Shown here piece by piece: positions 34,998-44,191 of a DNA stretch of 52,313 bases. A model generated the notes under the pieces. That model was not told where the DNA came from and did no database searches. It worked only from the letters and a program-made list of their open reading frames with translations. The translations under genes and the position numbers were made by a program. Positions within the stretch are counted from its first letter, which is position 1. Each line of letters begins with the position of its first letter. Source of the DNA: Candidatus Firestoneibacteriota bacterium (GTDB taxonomy: Bacteria > Oederibacteriota > D2-FULL-39-29 > JBDRBU01); NCBI GenBank assembly GCA_043822305.1, contig JBDRBU010000039.1:1-52313 (forward strand). Direction: 5' to 3'.

Positions 34998-36416
34998 CAA
35001 TCTCTTTTTAATTTTTAAACTTAAATTCATAGTTGCAGAATATAGTTTTGACTCGGATAAAACTTCTTCAGTTTCGCCAAATAATGAAACTCCAGTTTCA
35101 ACATCAACAACTCTAATATTTATATAAAACTTGTCAGCCAATTTGCTTACACTTCCAACTATCATTTTTTCAACATTTAATAATTTACCAATTTCTACGG
35201 CACATTCAACTTCTGTACATCCAGTTTTCTGAAATGCCTGTTCTTTCAAAATCTCATGCATATTCGCTCGTTCTAAAACTAATAAATCCTTTGAATTTGA
35301 TAAACTTGTCCTGAGTAGATCTGAAATTATGCTTGTCTGAGATTTTGATACATCATTAGCAACCAGGTCAATAACGGCTACGGCTATTTTTTTTTCTACT
35401 GCTTCGGTTTTGATGATCCCTGTATGATTTAAAGACCCGGCACTACTATTAACTATTTCACTAGATTGAACTACCTGATTAACCTTTTGACCAAACGAAT
35501 AACCTAATGATACTCTATGCGTATATCCTAAATTTCCATATGGCACATAAGCATAATCTAAACTAAATCCACTGATATTAAAACCAACTCCTGCTGTAAA
35601 TCCAGAAAGCCCGTCATACTCTGCTATCCCTATTCTTGTTGTCCAACCAGCTCTTAGGGCAAAATAATTTTTCACCACCCAACTTTCTACTCCAATCCCA
35701 ATTTTTACATTATTATCATTCGGAATAGTTAAATCACTCACTAAATTAAACTCTGGAACAACTTTCCAATAAATTCCTGCTTTTAGATTAAAAGGAAGAC
35801 TTTCGTCAGTTCTTCCAAAATTTACAGAGGTTCCTAGATTAAAAGCACTAAGACCTAAAGAGAAATTTTCAAATATATCTTTGGCTAAAAGTCCTAAATC
35901 AATTGCAAAACTACTTGATTTCTCTAATTCAATAAAATTAACGATATACTTTACATTTAAGCCGTAGTATAATCTCTTATTAGATATCTTAAAATAATTA
36001 CTGTAAGATAAACCAATGTTTAAATCACACGCATTAAATGAACCTGTGTTTTCTCCTAAAACATTATAGGCATTTAAACTTCCACCATTTAAATAGATAA
36101 AATTAACTCCAAGAGTTCCTATGTCTTTTACTGGAAGTGCAAATGCAAAATGTTCTTCTGAAGTATCAATAAGCCAGACAAGATGCGAGGCAGTAATTTC
36201 TGGAAATTCTAAAGAGCCAAGCCCTGCTGGATTCCAGTTTATGGAATTAATATCGTCTGATAAACCAACATATGATTCCCCCAGACTAACAGGCCTTGCC
36301 CCAACTCCTATTTTTAAAAAAGAAGCAGCATAAATAGGGACAGACACCATTATTATTATGATAGCAAGTAAACAAATAGGGACAGCCCTTACTTTTTTGT
36401 TGATTTGATGAATCAT
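34995..36416 (-). CDS. PorV/UPF0164-like outer-membrane beta-barrel fused to a CsgG/HfaB-like domain
   Basis: Signal peptide; FLKIGVGAR...GE, WNPAGL, DYAY...LG.THR; C-terminal LER...ILKEQ...GC....CAVEIGKLL. Confidence 0.8.
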   Translation of the reverse strand: MIHQINKKVRAVPICLLAIIIIMVSVPIYAASFLKIGVGARPVSLGESYVGLSDDINSINWNPAGLGSLEFPEITASHLVWLIDTSEEHFAFALPVKDIGTLGVNFIYLNGGSLNAYNVLGENTGSFNACDLNIGLSYSNYFKISNKRLYYGLNVKYIVNFIELEKSSSFAIDLGLLAKDIFENFSLGLSAFNLGTSVNFGRTDESLPFNLKAGIYWKVVPEFNLVSDLTIPNDNNVKIGIGVESWVVKNYFALRAGWTTRIGIAEYDGLSGFTAGVGFNISGFSLDYAYVPYGNLGYTHRVSLGYSFGQKVNQVVQSSEIVNSSAGSLNHTGIIKTEAVEKKIAVAVIDLVANDVSKSQTSIISDLLRTSLSNSKDLLVLERANMHEILKEQAFQKTGCTEVECAVEIGKLLNVEKMIVGSVSKLADKFYINIRVVDVETGVSLFGETEEVLSESKLYSATMNLSLKIKKRL

Positions 36417-36504
36417 GCCTTTAAAATATCATATTTTTTTACAAAATACAATAAAAATGTTCTCTGTTGATTTTTTATCTTAATAGATGTAAAATATATT
36501 TAGC

Positions 36505-37937
36505 ATGAATATCCTGGAAAAATTAAATAGTATTCCTTCTAAATCTGGTGTATATTTATTTAAAGATAAAGAAGGCAATATCATTTATGTTGGAAAATCT
36601 GCTTGTTTAAAAGATAGAATAAAATCTTATTTTTCAGAAAGCGGACGATATGATTTAAAAGTATCTGCTATGATTTCTCAAATAAAAGATTTTGCATATC
36701 TAACAACATCAAATGAAATTGAAGCATTAATACTTGAAAACAAATTAATAAAAAAATACAAGCCAAAATATAATATTTTGTTTAAGGATGATAAAACATA
36801 TCCATATATTAAAATTTATTCAAATGAAGAATTTCCACATCTAAGTTTTACCAGAAGAATTCTTCCTGATAAGGCAATGTATTTTGGTCCATATGTAATT
36901 GGTTCTGTCCGAGAAATAATAAAAATTATTCAAAAACAATTCAAAATAAGAGATTGTTCAATATCTTTAGATAAAAAATTAAAAAGAGGATGCTTGAAAG
37001 AACAAACGGATTTCTGTAGTGCTCCTTGTATGGGAAAAATTACTAAAGAAGAATATAAAAAGATTGTAAAAGAAGTTATAGAATTCTTAAAAGGTAAACA
37101 AAAAAATTTAATAAACAAATTAGAAGAAAAAATGAAAAAAGCATCTAACTCATTACAATTTGAAGATGCATCATTATACAGAGACCAGAAAAATTTAGTT
37201 AAACTAATACAATCTCAAAATGAAAAAAATGTAAAGTTATGTAATATGGCAAAAGAAGAAAGCAAATTAATTGAAGTAAAAAAAGCAGAAACAAATCTAA
37301 GAGATATCTTAAATCTAACTAAAGAACCTAAAATTATAGAAGGAATAGATATATCAAATATATTCGGCGATAAAGCAACCGGTTCTGTTGTTAGATTTAA
37401 AAATGGCAAGCCCGATAAAAACGGATATAGAAAATTTAAAATAAAAGAAATTACTGGAATAAATGATACTGAAATGATTAAAGAAGTTGTAGAAAGAAGA
37501 TACAGGCGTGCCATAGAAGAAAAAACATTACCTGATTTGATTTTAATAGATGGAGGAAAAGGACAGTTGAATTCTGCTATTTTTGTATTAAAAAAATTAG
37601 ATTTAAGTATTCCTGTTATATCAATAGCAAAGAAAAATGAAGAAATTTTTATATCCGAAAAATTAGAGTCATTAAAACTTCCAAAAAATTCTTCTTCGTT
37701 ACACTTGCTTCAATATGTAAGAGACGAAGCACATAGATTTGCAATTAAATATCATAAAATATTAAGAGATAAAGAAATTAAAAAATCTATTTTAGACGAA
37801 ATACCAGGTATTGGGAAAAAAGAAAAACCTTGATATTGAAAAATATAAAAGATATAAATAATATAACAAATGATGAGATTAAAAAGACAAGAGGTATTCC
37901 AAAAAATCTTGTAGGAAAAATAATCAAAAAATTATAG
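36505..37937 (+). CDS. uvrC: Excinuclease ABC subunit C with a frameshift at 37816-37821 (ORF as given stops at 37833)
   Basis: GIY-YIG (GVYLF, YVGKS), UVR domain, DISN, DGGKGQ, RDEAHRFA; HhH continues in the -1 frame to TAG at 37935-37937. Confidence 0.92.
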
Positions 37938-37960
37938 GTCTAATTGCTTCGCAATTAACC
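37935..37960 (-). repeat. Diverged hairpin-only relative of the ~60-bp repeat
   Basis: TAG-GTCTAATTGC-TTC-GCAATTAAC versus TA-GTCTGGTTGC-TTT-GCAACCAAC (copy A reverse complement): compensatory GG/CC to AA/TT. Confidence 0.55.
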
Positions 37961-37992
37961 ATGACCATTATATTGGACACTAAGGAAAGTCA

Positions 37993-39429
37993 ATGAAAAT
38001 AAATAATTTACTAAATACAGTATACAATCTTTCTAAAAAAAAGAAACTAAAAGTTTATATAGTTGGCGGATTTATAAGAGATTATTTATTAAAAAAACCT
38101 CTTGAAGAAATAAAAGATTTAGATTTTGCTGTATTTGGTAATACTATAAAATTTGCAAAAGAATTTAGTAAAACTGTTAAAGGAAGTTTAGTTATACTTT
38201 CAGAGAAATTTCAATTAGTAAGGGTAATTGTAAATAAAGTTTATACTTGTGACTTTACTCATGGTAAAGGTAAAAATATTCTTCACGACTTAAAAGAAAG
38301 AGATTTTACAATAAACTCACTTGCTGTTGACATTAATCATAAAGATGAAATTAAAGAGTATATTATTGATAAATTTAACAGCAAAAAAGATTTAAAAAAG
38401 AAATTCATAAAAGAGATAAATAAAAAAATTTATTTTAAGGATCCCGTAAGGTTACTTAGAGCAATCCGTTTTTCTGCTACTTTGAAGTTTAATATTGCTA
38501 AAAAGACAAAAAACCACATAAAAGAATTTGCTAATCTAATAACATATTCATCGAGAGAAAGAATTAGAGATGAATTGTTTAAAATTCTTGAAGTTAACAA
38601 CAGTTTTAAATATATAAAATTATTAGATAAATTAACTCTTTTAGAAAATATTTTTCCAGATATAAAAACCATGAAAGGAGTAGAACAACCAGGCTATCAT
38701 CATTTAGATGTCTGGGGACATTCATTAGAAACATTAAAAAACTTAGAACTTATTATAAAAAAAATTGATCTTAATTTACCTCAAAATATTAAAGAAAATA
38801 TTTGTAATCATTTAAATAAAAAAATTGGTGGGTTTTGCAAATTATCGTTATTAAAACTAATTAGTTTATTCCATGATATTGGAAAACCAGAAACAAAATT
38901 TGTTGATAAAGATGGCCATACACATTTTTATTATCATGAAAATGTAGGAATGAACAAGTTTAGCAAAATAGGCAGGGAATTGAAATTAAGTAATAAAGAA
39001 ATAAAGATCGGAAAAATAATCATAAAAAATCATTTAAGAGTTGGCTATCTATGTGATTTAAAAAAAATTACCAAAAAGGCCGTTCGTAAATTTTTAAGGG
39101 ACTGCGGAGATTTAACTATTGATGTCTTATTGCTCTCATTATCAGATAGACTTTCTGCAAAAGGTGTAAAAGTAGATGAAAAAATCATAAATGAACATAA
39201 GAAAGTAATAGAGAAACTTTTTGTAGAATATTACAAAGTAACCATTTCAACTCCACTTCCAAAACTTATAAATGGCTATGACCTAATGAAGAAGTTTAAT
39301 TTAAAACCATCCCCTCTTATCGGAGCTTTATTAGATAAGGTAAAAGAAGCGCAAGAATTAAAAAAGATTTCAACAAGAAAACAAGCATGGGCATTAGTAA
39401 AGTTGGCAATTGGGGCAAAAATAGCTTGA
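37993..39429 (+). CDS. Class II tRNA nucleotidyltransferase with HD domain (probably CC-adding)
   Basis: VGGFIRD, DLD, ERDFTINSLA, DPVRLLRA.RF, ERI..EL, HDIGK. Confidence 0.88.
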   Translation: MKINNLLNTVYNLSKKKKLKVYIVGGFIRDYLLKKPLEEIKDLDFAVFGNTIKFAKEFSKTVKGSLVILSEKFQLVRVIVNKVYTCDFTHGKGKNILHDLKERDFTINSLAVDINHKDEIKEYIIDKFNSKKDLKKKFIKEINKKIYFKDPVRLLRAIRFSATLKFNIAKKTKNHIKEFANLITYSSRERIRDELFKILEVNNSFKYIKLLDKLTLLENIFPDIKTMKGVEQPGYHHLDVWGHSLETLKNLELIIKKIDLNLPQNIKENICNHLNKKIGGFCKLSLLKLISLFHDIGKPETKFVDKDGHTHFYYHENVGMNKFSKIGRELKLSNKEIKIGKIIIKNHLRVGYLCDLKKITKKAVRKFLRDCGDLTIDVLLLSLSDRLSAKGVKVDEKIINEHKKVIEKLFVEYYKVTISTPLPKLINGYDLMKKFNLKPSPLIGALLDKVKEAQELKKISTRKQAWALVKLAIGAKIA

Positions 39430-40203
39430 CCGACCACCTATCTTTATCCGAACTATCTTTTTCTGACAGGTAAAACAGGGCTTTCCTGCTCGCCGGTAGA
39501 CGCGGTGGTATCTCTGGTAATTTCCCTTTTGTCCACCTGAATCAACATAGTCACTTACACTTGAACCCCTATACTTAATAGCTTTTTTTAAAACCTCTTT
39601 TATATTCCGATAAAGTCTGGTTATCTGAATCTGGCTGAGGGTGTGAGCATGTTGTAGAGGATGAATGTGTGCTTTATGCAAAATTTCATCAGCATAAATG
39701 TTGCCAATACCGGCCAAAAATGATTGATTAAGAAGTAACGATTTCATTCGCGCTTTTTTTGATTGAATTATCTTCTTAAATTTATTCAATGAAATCTTAA
39801 GTGGTTCTAAACCAGCAGGAGTCAATCCCTCGACCAGAGAGGTATCAGCTAAACAGAAGTACCCAAATTGACGCACATCAAGATAATGTAATTGCTGGCC
39901 GGTAGATAGTTTAAAGACAAGATGAGTGTGCTTAGTTACTGGCGCATCTTTTGAGATGTAAAGCAACTGCCCGGTCAGTTTAAGATGGATAAGGAGACTC
40001 CTTCCCTTGGAAAGGTTAATAACTATCATCTTGCCTCGCCGCCATACTTTCTGAATAGTGGCTCCTGAAACGAAGGTGATAAAATCTCCTGCATCACCCC
40101 TAACTATCTTGGGTAAAATTACTTTTACTCCTACAATCTTTTTCCCTACAATCTGCTTTTGCAAGCCACGGACAATAGTTTCTACCTCTGGTAATTCTGG
40201 CAT
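39394..40203 (-). CDS. mutM: Formamidopyrimidine-DNA glycosylase
   Basis: PELPEVE, RRGK, GIGNIYADE, C-terminal zinc finger CFTC...FCPNCQ. Confidence 0.97.
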   Translation of the reverse strand: MPELPEVETIVRGLQKQIVGKKIVGVKVILPKIVRGDAGDFITFVSGATIQKVWRRGKMIVINLSKGRSLLIHLKLTGQLLYISKDAPVTKHTHLVFKLSTGQQLHYLDVRQFGYFCLADTSLVEGLTPAGLEPLKISLNKFKKIIQSKKARMKSLLLNQSFLAGIGNIYADEILHKAHIHPLQHAHTLSQIQITRLYRNIKEVLKKAIKYRGSSVSDYVDSGGQKGNYQRYHRVYRRAGKPCFTCQKKIVRIKIGGRSSYFCPNCQLY

Positions 40204-40215
40204 CTATCCTTTCCT

Positions 40216-40599
40216 TTAGTTATGGTCTGATTTCCACAACCCATGAAGGTTACAATATTCTCTGGCCTCTGTTCCTTCGGCCGTACCTCCAAATTGAGCC
40301 TCTGGGTTATCGCCCGGCTTTAGAAATTTTCTGCATGCTTTATCGCCCCTCATGATCTCAATCCACTCGATGTAATGTTTTTCCTCCATCGGATGGGCAA
40401 CTGAACCAACTTTAACTATTATACCTTCTTCTGTTTTTTCTATCACCGGCACATGTTTTTCCAGGGAGGCATCAACGGTATTTTCTTTAAGCAGTGTCAT
40501 TTGTTGTCCGCAACAAATTAATTCTCCGACCCCTGAATACAACATCTCAATCATATTCCCACAGACATTACACTTATAAACTTGCAACAACTGAGTCAT
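40216..40599 (-). CDS. dfx: Desulfoferrodoxin (superoxide reductase)
   Basis: CNVCGN...CCG, EKHVP, HPM...H, CNLHGLW. Confidence 0.96.
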   Translation of the reverse strand: MTQLLQVYKCNVCGNMIEMLYSGVGELICCGQQMTLLKENTVDASLEKHVPVIEKTEEGIIVKVGSVAHPMEEKHYIEWIEIMRGDKACRKFLKPGDNPEAQFGGTAEGTEAREYCNLHGLWKSDHN

Positions 40600-40622
40600 C
40601 TTACTACCTCCATCAATAATTT

Positions 40623-40686
40623 GGTATTGTCAAAAGTTTTTTGACAATACCTCCCCCTTGACAAAGGGGGAATATGGAAATATAAT
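40623..40686 (+). promoter_or_regulatory. Two abutting palindromes overlapping a perfect plus-strand sigma70 promoter
   Basis: GGTATTGTCAAAA/TTTTGACAATACC (40623-40651), TCCCCCTT/AAGGGGGA (40652-40671); TTGACA 40658-40663, 17 bp, TATAAT 40681-40686. Confidence 0.7.
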
Positions 40687-40715
40687 CCTCACGGCTTTTA
40701 CTGACTATTTACAAA

Positions 40716-41804
40716 TTAGGTGCCTTTATTGAATAACCACTTAAATTCGCTTACTATTGATTTAACTACATTTTCCTTAATACCAGGTAATACATTAAAT
40801 GTATAGGTTTCTATTTCTATATGTCTATCAGGTTTAGTAGCTTTAGATAAAAAAGACTTGTTTAGAAGAAAAGATGTTGAATTCTTGCTTTTAAAATGAA
40901 GAGGTACATGAAAGTGTATCCGCCATTCCCCACAAGGGTTTTCTTTAATAGCCGGGAGCAGATCAACAAATTTTAATTTAACTCCATCAAAAAATACTCT
41001 TGTTTGATGTAAATAAACATTATCCATGAAAGGTAATAAAATATCCTGTTTATTATTGCAAGAACATGGCCATCTAAGTGCAGATGTAATCTGGATTTTA
41101 GGGACAGGAATTTTTAACGATTCTAATTTAGTAATTGTTTGTAAGGGATCTTCAAAATTACAAGCGAAATGACATGTATCTAAGCAAATTCCTATAAATT
41201 CCATAATTTTTTTATGCCCAACAAGTTTTAACTTCTTCCAGAATTGTATAATATCTTCGGTTGATTCCAAATAGCAATCCGGTTCAGATTCGATGGCTAA
41301 TATTATTTTCTTTCCGGTTTTATTTGCTAATTGATAAAAATATTCACCACACTTAATAATATTATTAATAGCTTTATCGGGCAATATTTTACCATAGGTT
41401 ACTGGTAGAGTACTAATAGAACCAGTCGTATCTTCGGGTAACAGTTTTATTAATATATTCCCGAGTAATTTTGTATATTCAAGTCTTTTTTGTGTTGACC
41501 AATCTGGTTGATATACTTTTTCCCTAACCGGTTTACTATGAAAATATCCATATGGAAATCCATTAATAGTAAAGACATACATTCCATGCTCACGAAGATA
41601 CTCTTTGAAATATTTAATTTTTGTAATTAATTCTGTGGCTGCTCTTTTAGATAAACGAAGTCCTAACCCAAAAGGTTTATCTGGAGAAATAGAATTTTTA
41701 ACAGCTGTAGTATATTTTTTAATGGAATGAAAATTTTCTTTCCAGGTTTCTCCTGGATGTATGTTCAAACAATAAGTTAAATGTGTTCCCTTTTTCCAAT
41801 GCAT
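40716..41804 (-). CDS. eboE: EboE (xylose-isomerase-like TIM barrel)
   Basis: HLTYCLNIHPGE, GLGLRLS, TINGFPYG.FH, VY.PDW, YLHQ, WRIHFHVP, EIETYT. Confidence 0.92.
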   Translation of the reverse strand: MHWKKGTHLTYCLNIHPGETWKENFHSIKKYTTAVKNSISPDKPFGLGLRLSKRAATELITKIKYFKEYLREHGMYVFTINGFPYGYFHSKPVREKVYQPDWSTQKRLEYTKLLGNILIKLLPEDTTGSISTLPVTYGKILPDKAINNIIKCGEYFYQLANKTGKKIILAIESEPDCYLESTEDIIQFWKKLKLVGHKKIMEFIGICLDTCHFACNFEDPLQTITKLESLKIPVPKIQITSALRWPCSCNNKQDILLPFMDNVYLHQTRVFFDGVKLKFVDLLPAIKENPCGEWRIHFHVPLHFKSKNSTSFLLNKSFLSKATKPDRHIEIETYTFNVLPGIKENVVKSIVSEFKWLFNKGT

Positions 41805-42931
41805 ATTTTATGTTTTTTCATCTCTTTTATTGATTCCAATATTATTTTTTTGGGTAATTCCTGTATATTGATTTGTTTCCCAAATCCATCTGGCATAGGT
41901 ATGCTCAAATTGCCACCCAGATGTTCGCGAAATTGTTCTAATCCTTTATATATTGTTTTATATTTTAAAGCCGGATGCCATAGTTTAATCCCGCATTGCT
42001 CCATGGAGTAACACACATATTCACAATCGGATTTTTTTATCAATCCTAATCGGGTAGCACAATGTAAATCTAAAGCAATGCCAATTCCTACGGCTTCACC
42101 GTGTCGCAACTTATATTTGGAGAGACTTTCTAATCTATGTGCAGACCAATGACCAAAATCAAGTGGTCGGCTTAAACCAAATTCAAATGGGTCACCGCTG
42201 TTTTTTATATGATTAATATGTAGTCTTGCACATTTATAAATCATTTCTTCCATTATTTTCTGATCTCGATTAAATAATTTCTTTGCATTTTTAGAAAGAA
42301 AATCAAGAAAGATTATATCTTTTATAATAGCTACTTTAAATGCTTCAGAAATACCACTAATCCAGTCGCGCTGAGAAAGAGTTCGTAAAAAATTATAGTC
42401 GTTTATTACTCCAAATGGAGGATAAAAAGTTCCATAATAATTTTTAATCCCAAACTGGTTTATTCCATTTTTAACCCCAACACCTGAATCAGCCTGTGAA
42501 AGAACAGTTGTTGGAATACGAATCTGCCTTAATCCACGATGGGTAATAGTAGCAGCAAAACCAACAGCATCTAAAACAGCACCTCCGCCTATAATCATAA
42601 CAAAAGAATGCCTGCATAAATGAGATTTAAGGATAAGTTTATTTATCTTTTCAATAGACTTCATCCCGTTTTTTATTTGTTCGCCACCTTGGACTAAATA
42701 AGGATCAGCAACTAAATCAACATTCTTTCTATACTTTTGAGACCATTTTATTATGTTTTTTACTAAATAGTTATTGCCAGGGATCAGTCCTTTATCAATA
42801 AATACAATTATTTTGGATTTTTTATCTTCAGGAAGTAAATTAATCAGACTCTTATTCGTCTGGCTAAAAATATCTCTTGTAAAAATAACATCATAAAAAA
42901 ATTTAATATTTAATAGCAGGTTTTGTTTCAT
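41777..42931 (-). CDS. eboD: EboD, 3-dehydroquinate-synthase-like sugar phosphate cyclase
   Basis: GGGAVLDAVG, PTTVLSQADSGVGVKNG, DPFE.G..RPLDFGHWSAH, HGEAV. Confidence 0.9.
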   Translation of the reverse strand: MKQNLLLNIKFFYDVIFTRDIFSQTNKSLINLLPEDKKSKIIVFIDKGLIPGNNYLVKNIIKWSQKYRKNVDLVADPYLVQGGEQIKNGMKSIEKINKLILKSHLCRHSFVMIIGGGAVLDAVGFAATITHRGLRQIRIPTTVLSQADSGVGVKNGINQFGIKNYYGTFYPPFGVINDYNFLRTLSQRDWISGISEAFKVAIIKDIIFLDFLSKNAKKLFNRDQKIMEEMIYKCARLHINHIKNSGDPFEFGLSRPLDFGHWSAHRLESLSKYKLRHGEAVGIGIALDLHCATRLGLIKKSDCEYVCYSMEQCGIKLWHPALKYKTIYKGLEQFREHLGGNLSIPMPDGFGKQINIQELPKKIILESIKEMKKHKICIGKREHI

Positions 42932-44187
42932 GTTTTCAAAATCTTTTTAAACTCACGAGAAAGCTCAAGCAAATTTTTTGGTTTTTTATGTAATTTAAAA
43001 TCGGAAGCCCAACAACATTTTGATTCTGCATCAGATATCCCGTGTGACCCTTTTATTTCCTTCGACCAAAAAAAGAGTTCGCATGGATCATATCCTGGTT
43101 TATTGTGAATATCCACATGTTTAGCAAAATCTGGAGGAATGTCCGAGTTGTCCCACCATGGATACGCAAACCAAGAATTCGGTTCAGCAATTAGAATAAT
43201 ATCGCCTGAACGAGAATGGGCTAACCCTGATTTCTTTTTTTCTTTGTTACTAAGAATTTGTCCAATTCCGGATATATTTTTAAAAATATCAACAATACGA
43301 GATTTATTCAAATCTTTTCTTACAACAATATGAGCGATCTGATGATCAACAACAGCAAAGACACTGCTTGTGTATAGGTCCGGATAACACATCCCCTTTA
43401 CATTTCGTGTATTAAATAATCCTTTCTCTCTTAAAATCCGGTTGGGGAAAATAGTTTTATTTACTTGTCTCATGGCATAGTCGCTAAATATCAATACATT
43501 GTAATCATATTCTTTTGATTTTTGAATTAAATTTATAAGTATTTTTTTTAATTGAGTAAAAGATTTTTTTGCTTTATTAGAATTTGGCCCGCTCTTTTGT
43601 AGTTCATAATCCAAGTGCGGCAAATAAGTTAAAACTAAATCAGGCATTTCTTTTTTCATTAATTCTATAGTTGCTTCTGCTATCCATTGTGAAGATTTTA
43701 CCGAAGCTAAAGGTCCCCAGTAATTTAAAAGATTAAAAGGTCGTTTTAAACTTTTACATAGATCCGGATAGATATTAGTAGGCATTGAAAAACAATCTGA
43801 AATCATCCCGCCCTGGTGTTTATGAATAGGTGCGGGCGATAAAATAATATCCGAATCTAATCCTAAACTTTGTTGCCAGAAAATTTGAGCTACTTTTTTA
43901 CCCGATTTTCTAAAACTCTCCCATATTCTTCGTCCATTGATCAGAGAAGAGGATTGCTCCCAAAAAAATACTTTATCTAATTCTCGTAAATAAAACCCAT
44001 TCCCAACTATCCCATGTTTACTTGGTAATTCAGCTGTTTTAAATGTAGCTTGAACAGTACAAGTGAGAGATGGAAAAACGCTTTCAATTGGATTAAATAT
44101 TAATCCTTCGATTTCATCTCCATTATTATTCTCAATCAGGAAATCATATCCTAAGGCAGCTATTTGAATAACAATAATTTTATCCAT
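42928..44187 (-). CDS. eboF: EboF-like alkaline phosphatase / nucleotide pyrophosphatase family protein
   Basis: FPSLTC.VQ.T, HGIVGNG, YLPHLDY, DHQIAH, VDIH.KPGYDP.ELF, KGSHG; ATG at 44187. Confidence 0.88.
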   Translation of the reverse strand: MDKIIVIQIAALGYDFLIENNNGDEIEGLIFNPIESVFPSLTCTVQATFKTAELPSKHGIVGNGFYLRELDKVFFWEQSSSLINGRRIWESFRKSGKKVAQIFWQQSLGLDSDIILSPAPIHKHQGGMISDCFSMPTNIYPDLCKSLKRPFNLLNYWGPLASVKSSQWIAEATIELMKKEMPDLVLTYLPHLDYELQKSGPNSNKAKKSFTQLKKILINLIQKSKEYDYNVLIFSDYAMRQVNKTIFPNRILREKGLFNTRNVKGMCYPDLYTSSVFAVVDHQIAHIVVRKDLNKSRIVDIFKNISGIGQILSNKEKKKSGLAHSRSGDIILIAEPNSWFAYPWWDNSDIPPDFAKHVDIHNKPGYDPCELFFWSKEIKGSHGISDAESKCCWASDFKLHKKPKNLLELSREFKKILKT

Positions 44188-44191
44188 AAAT

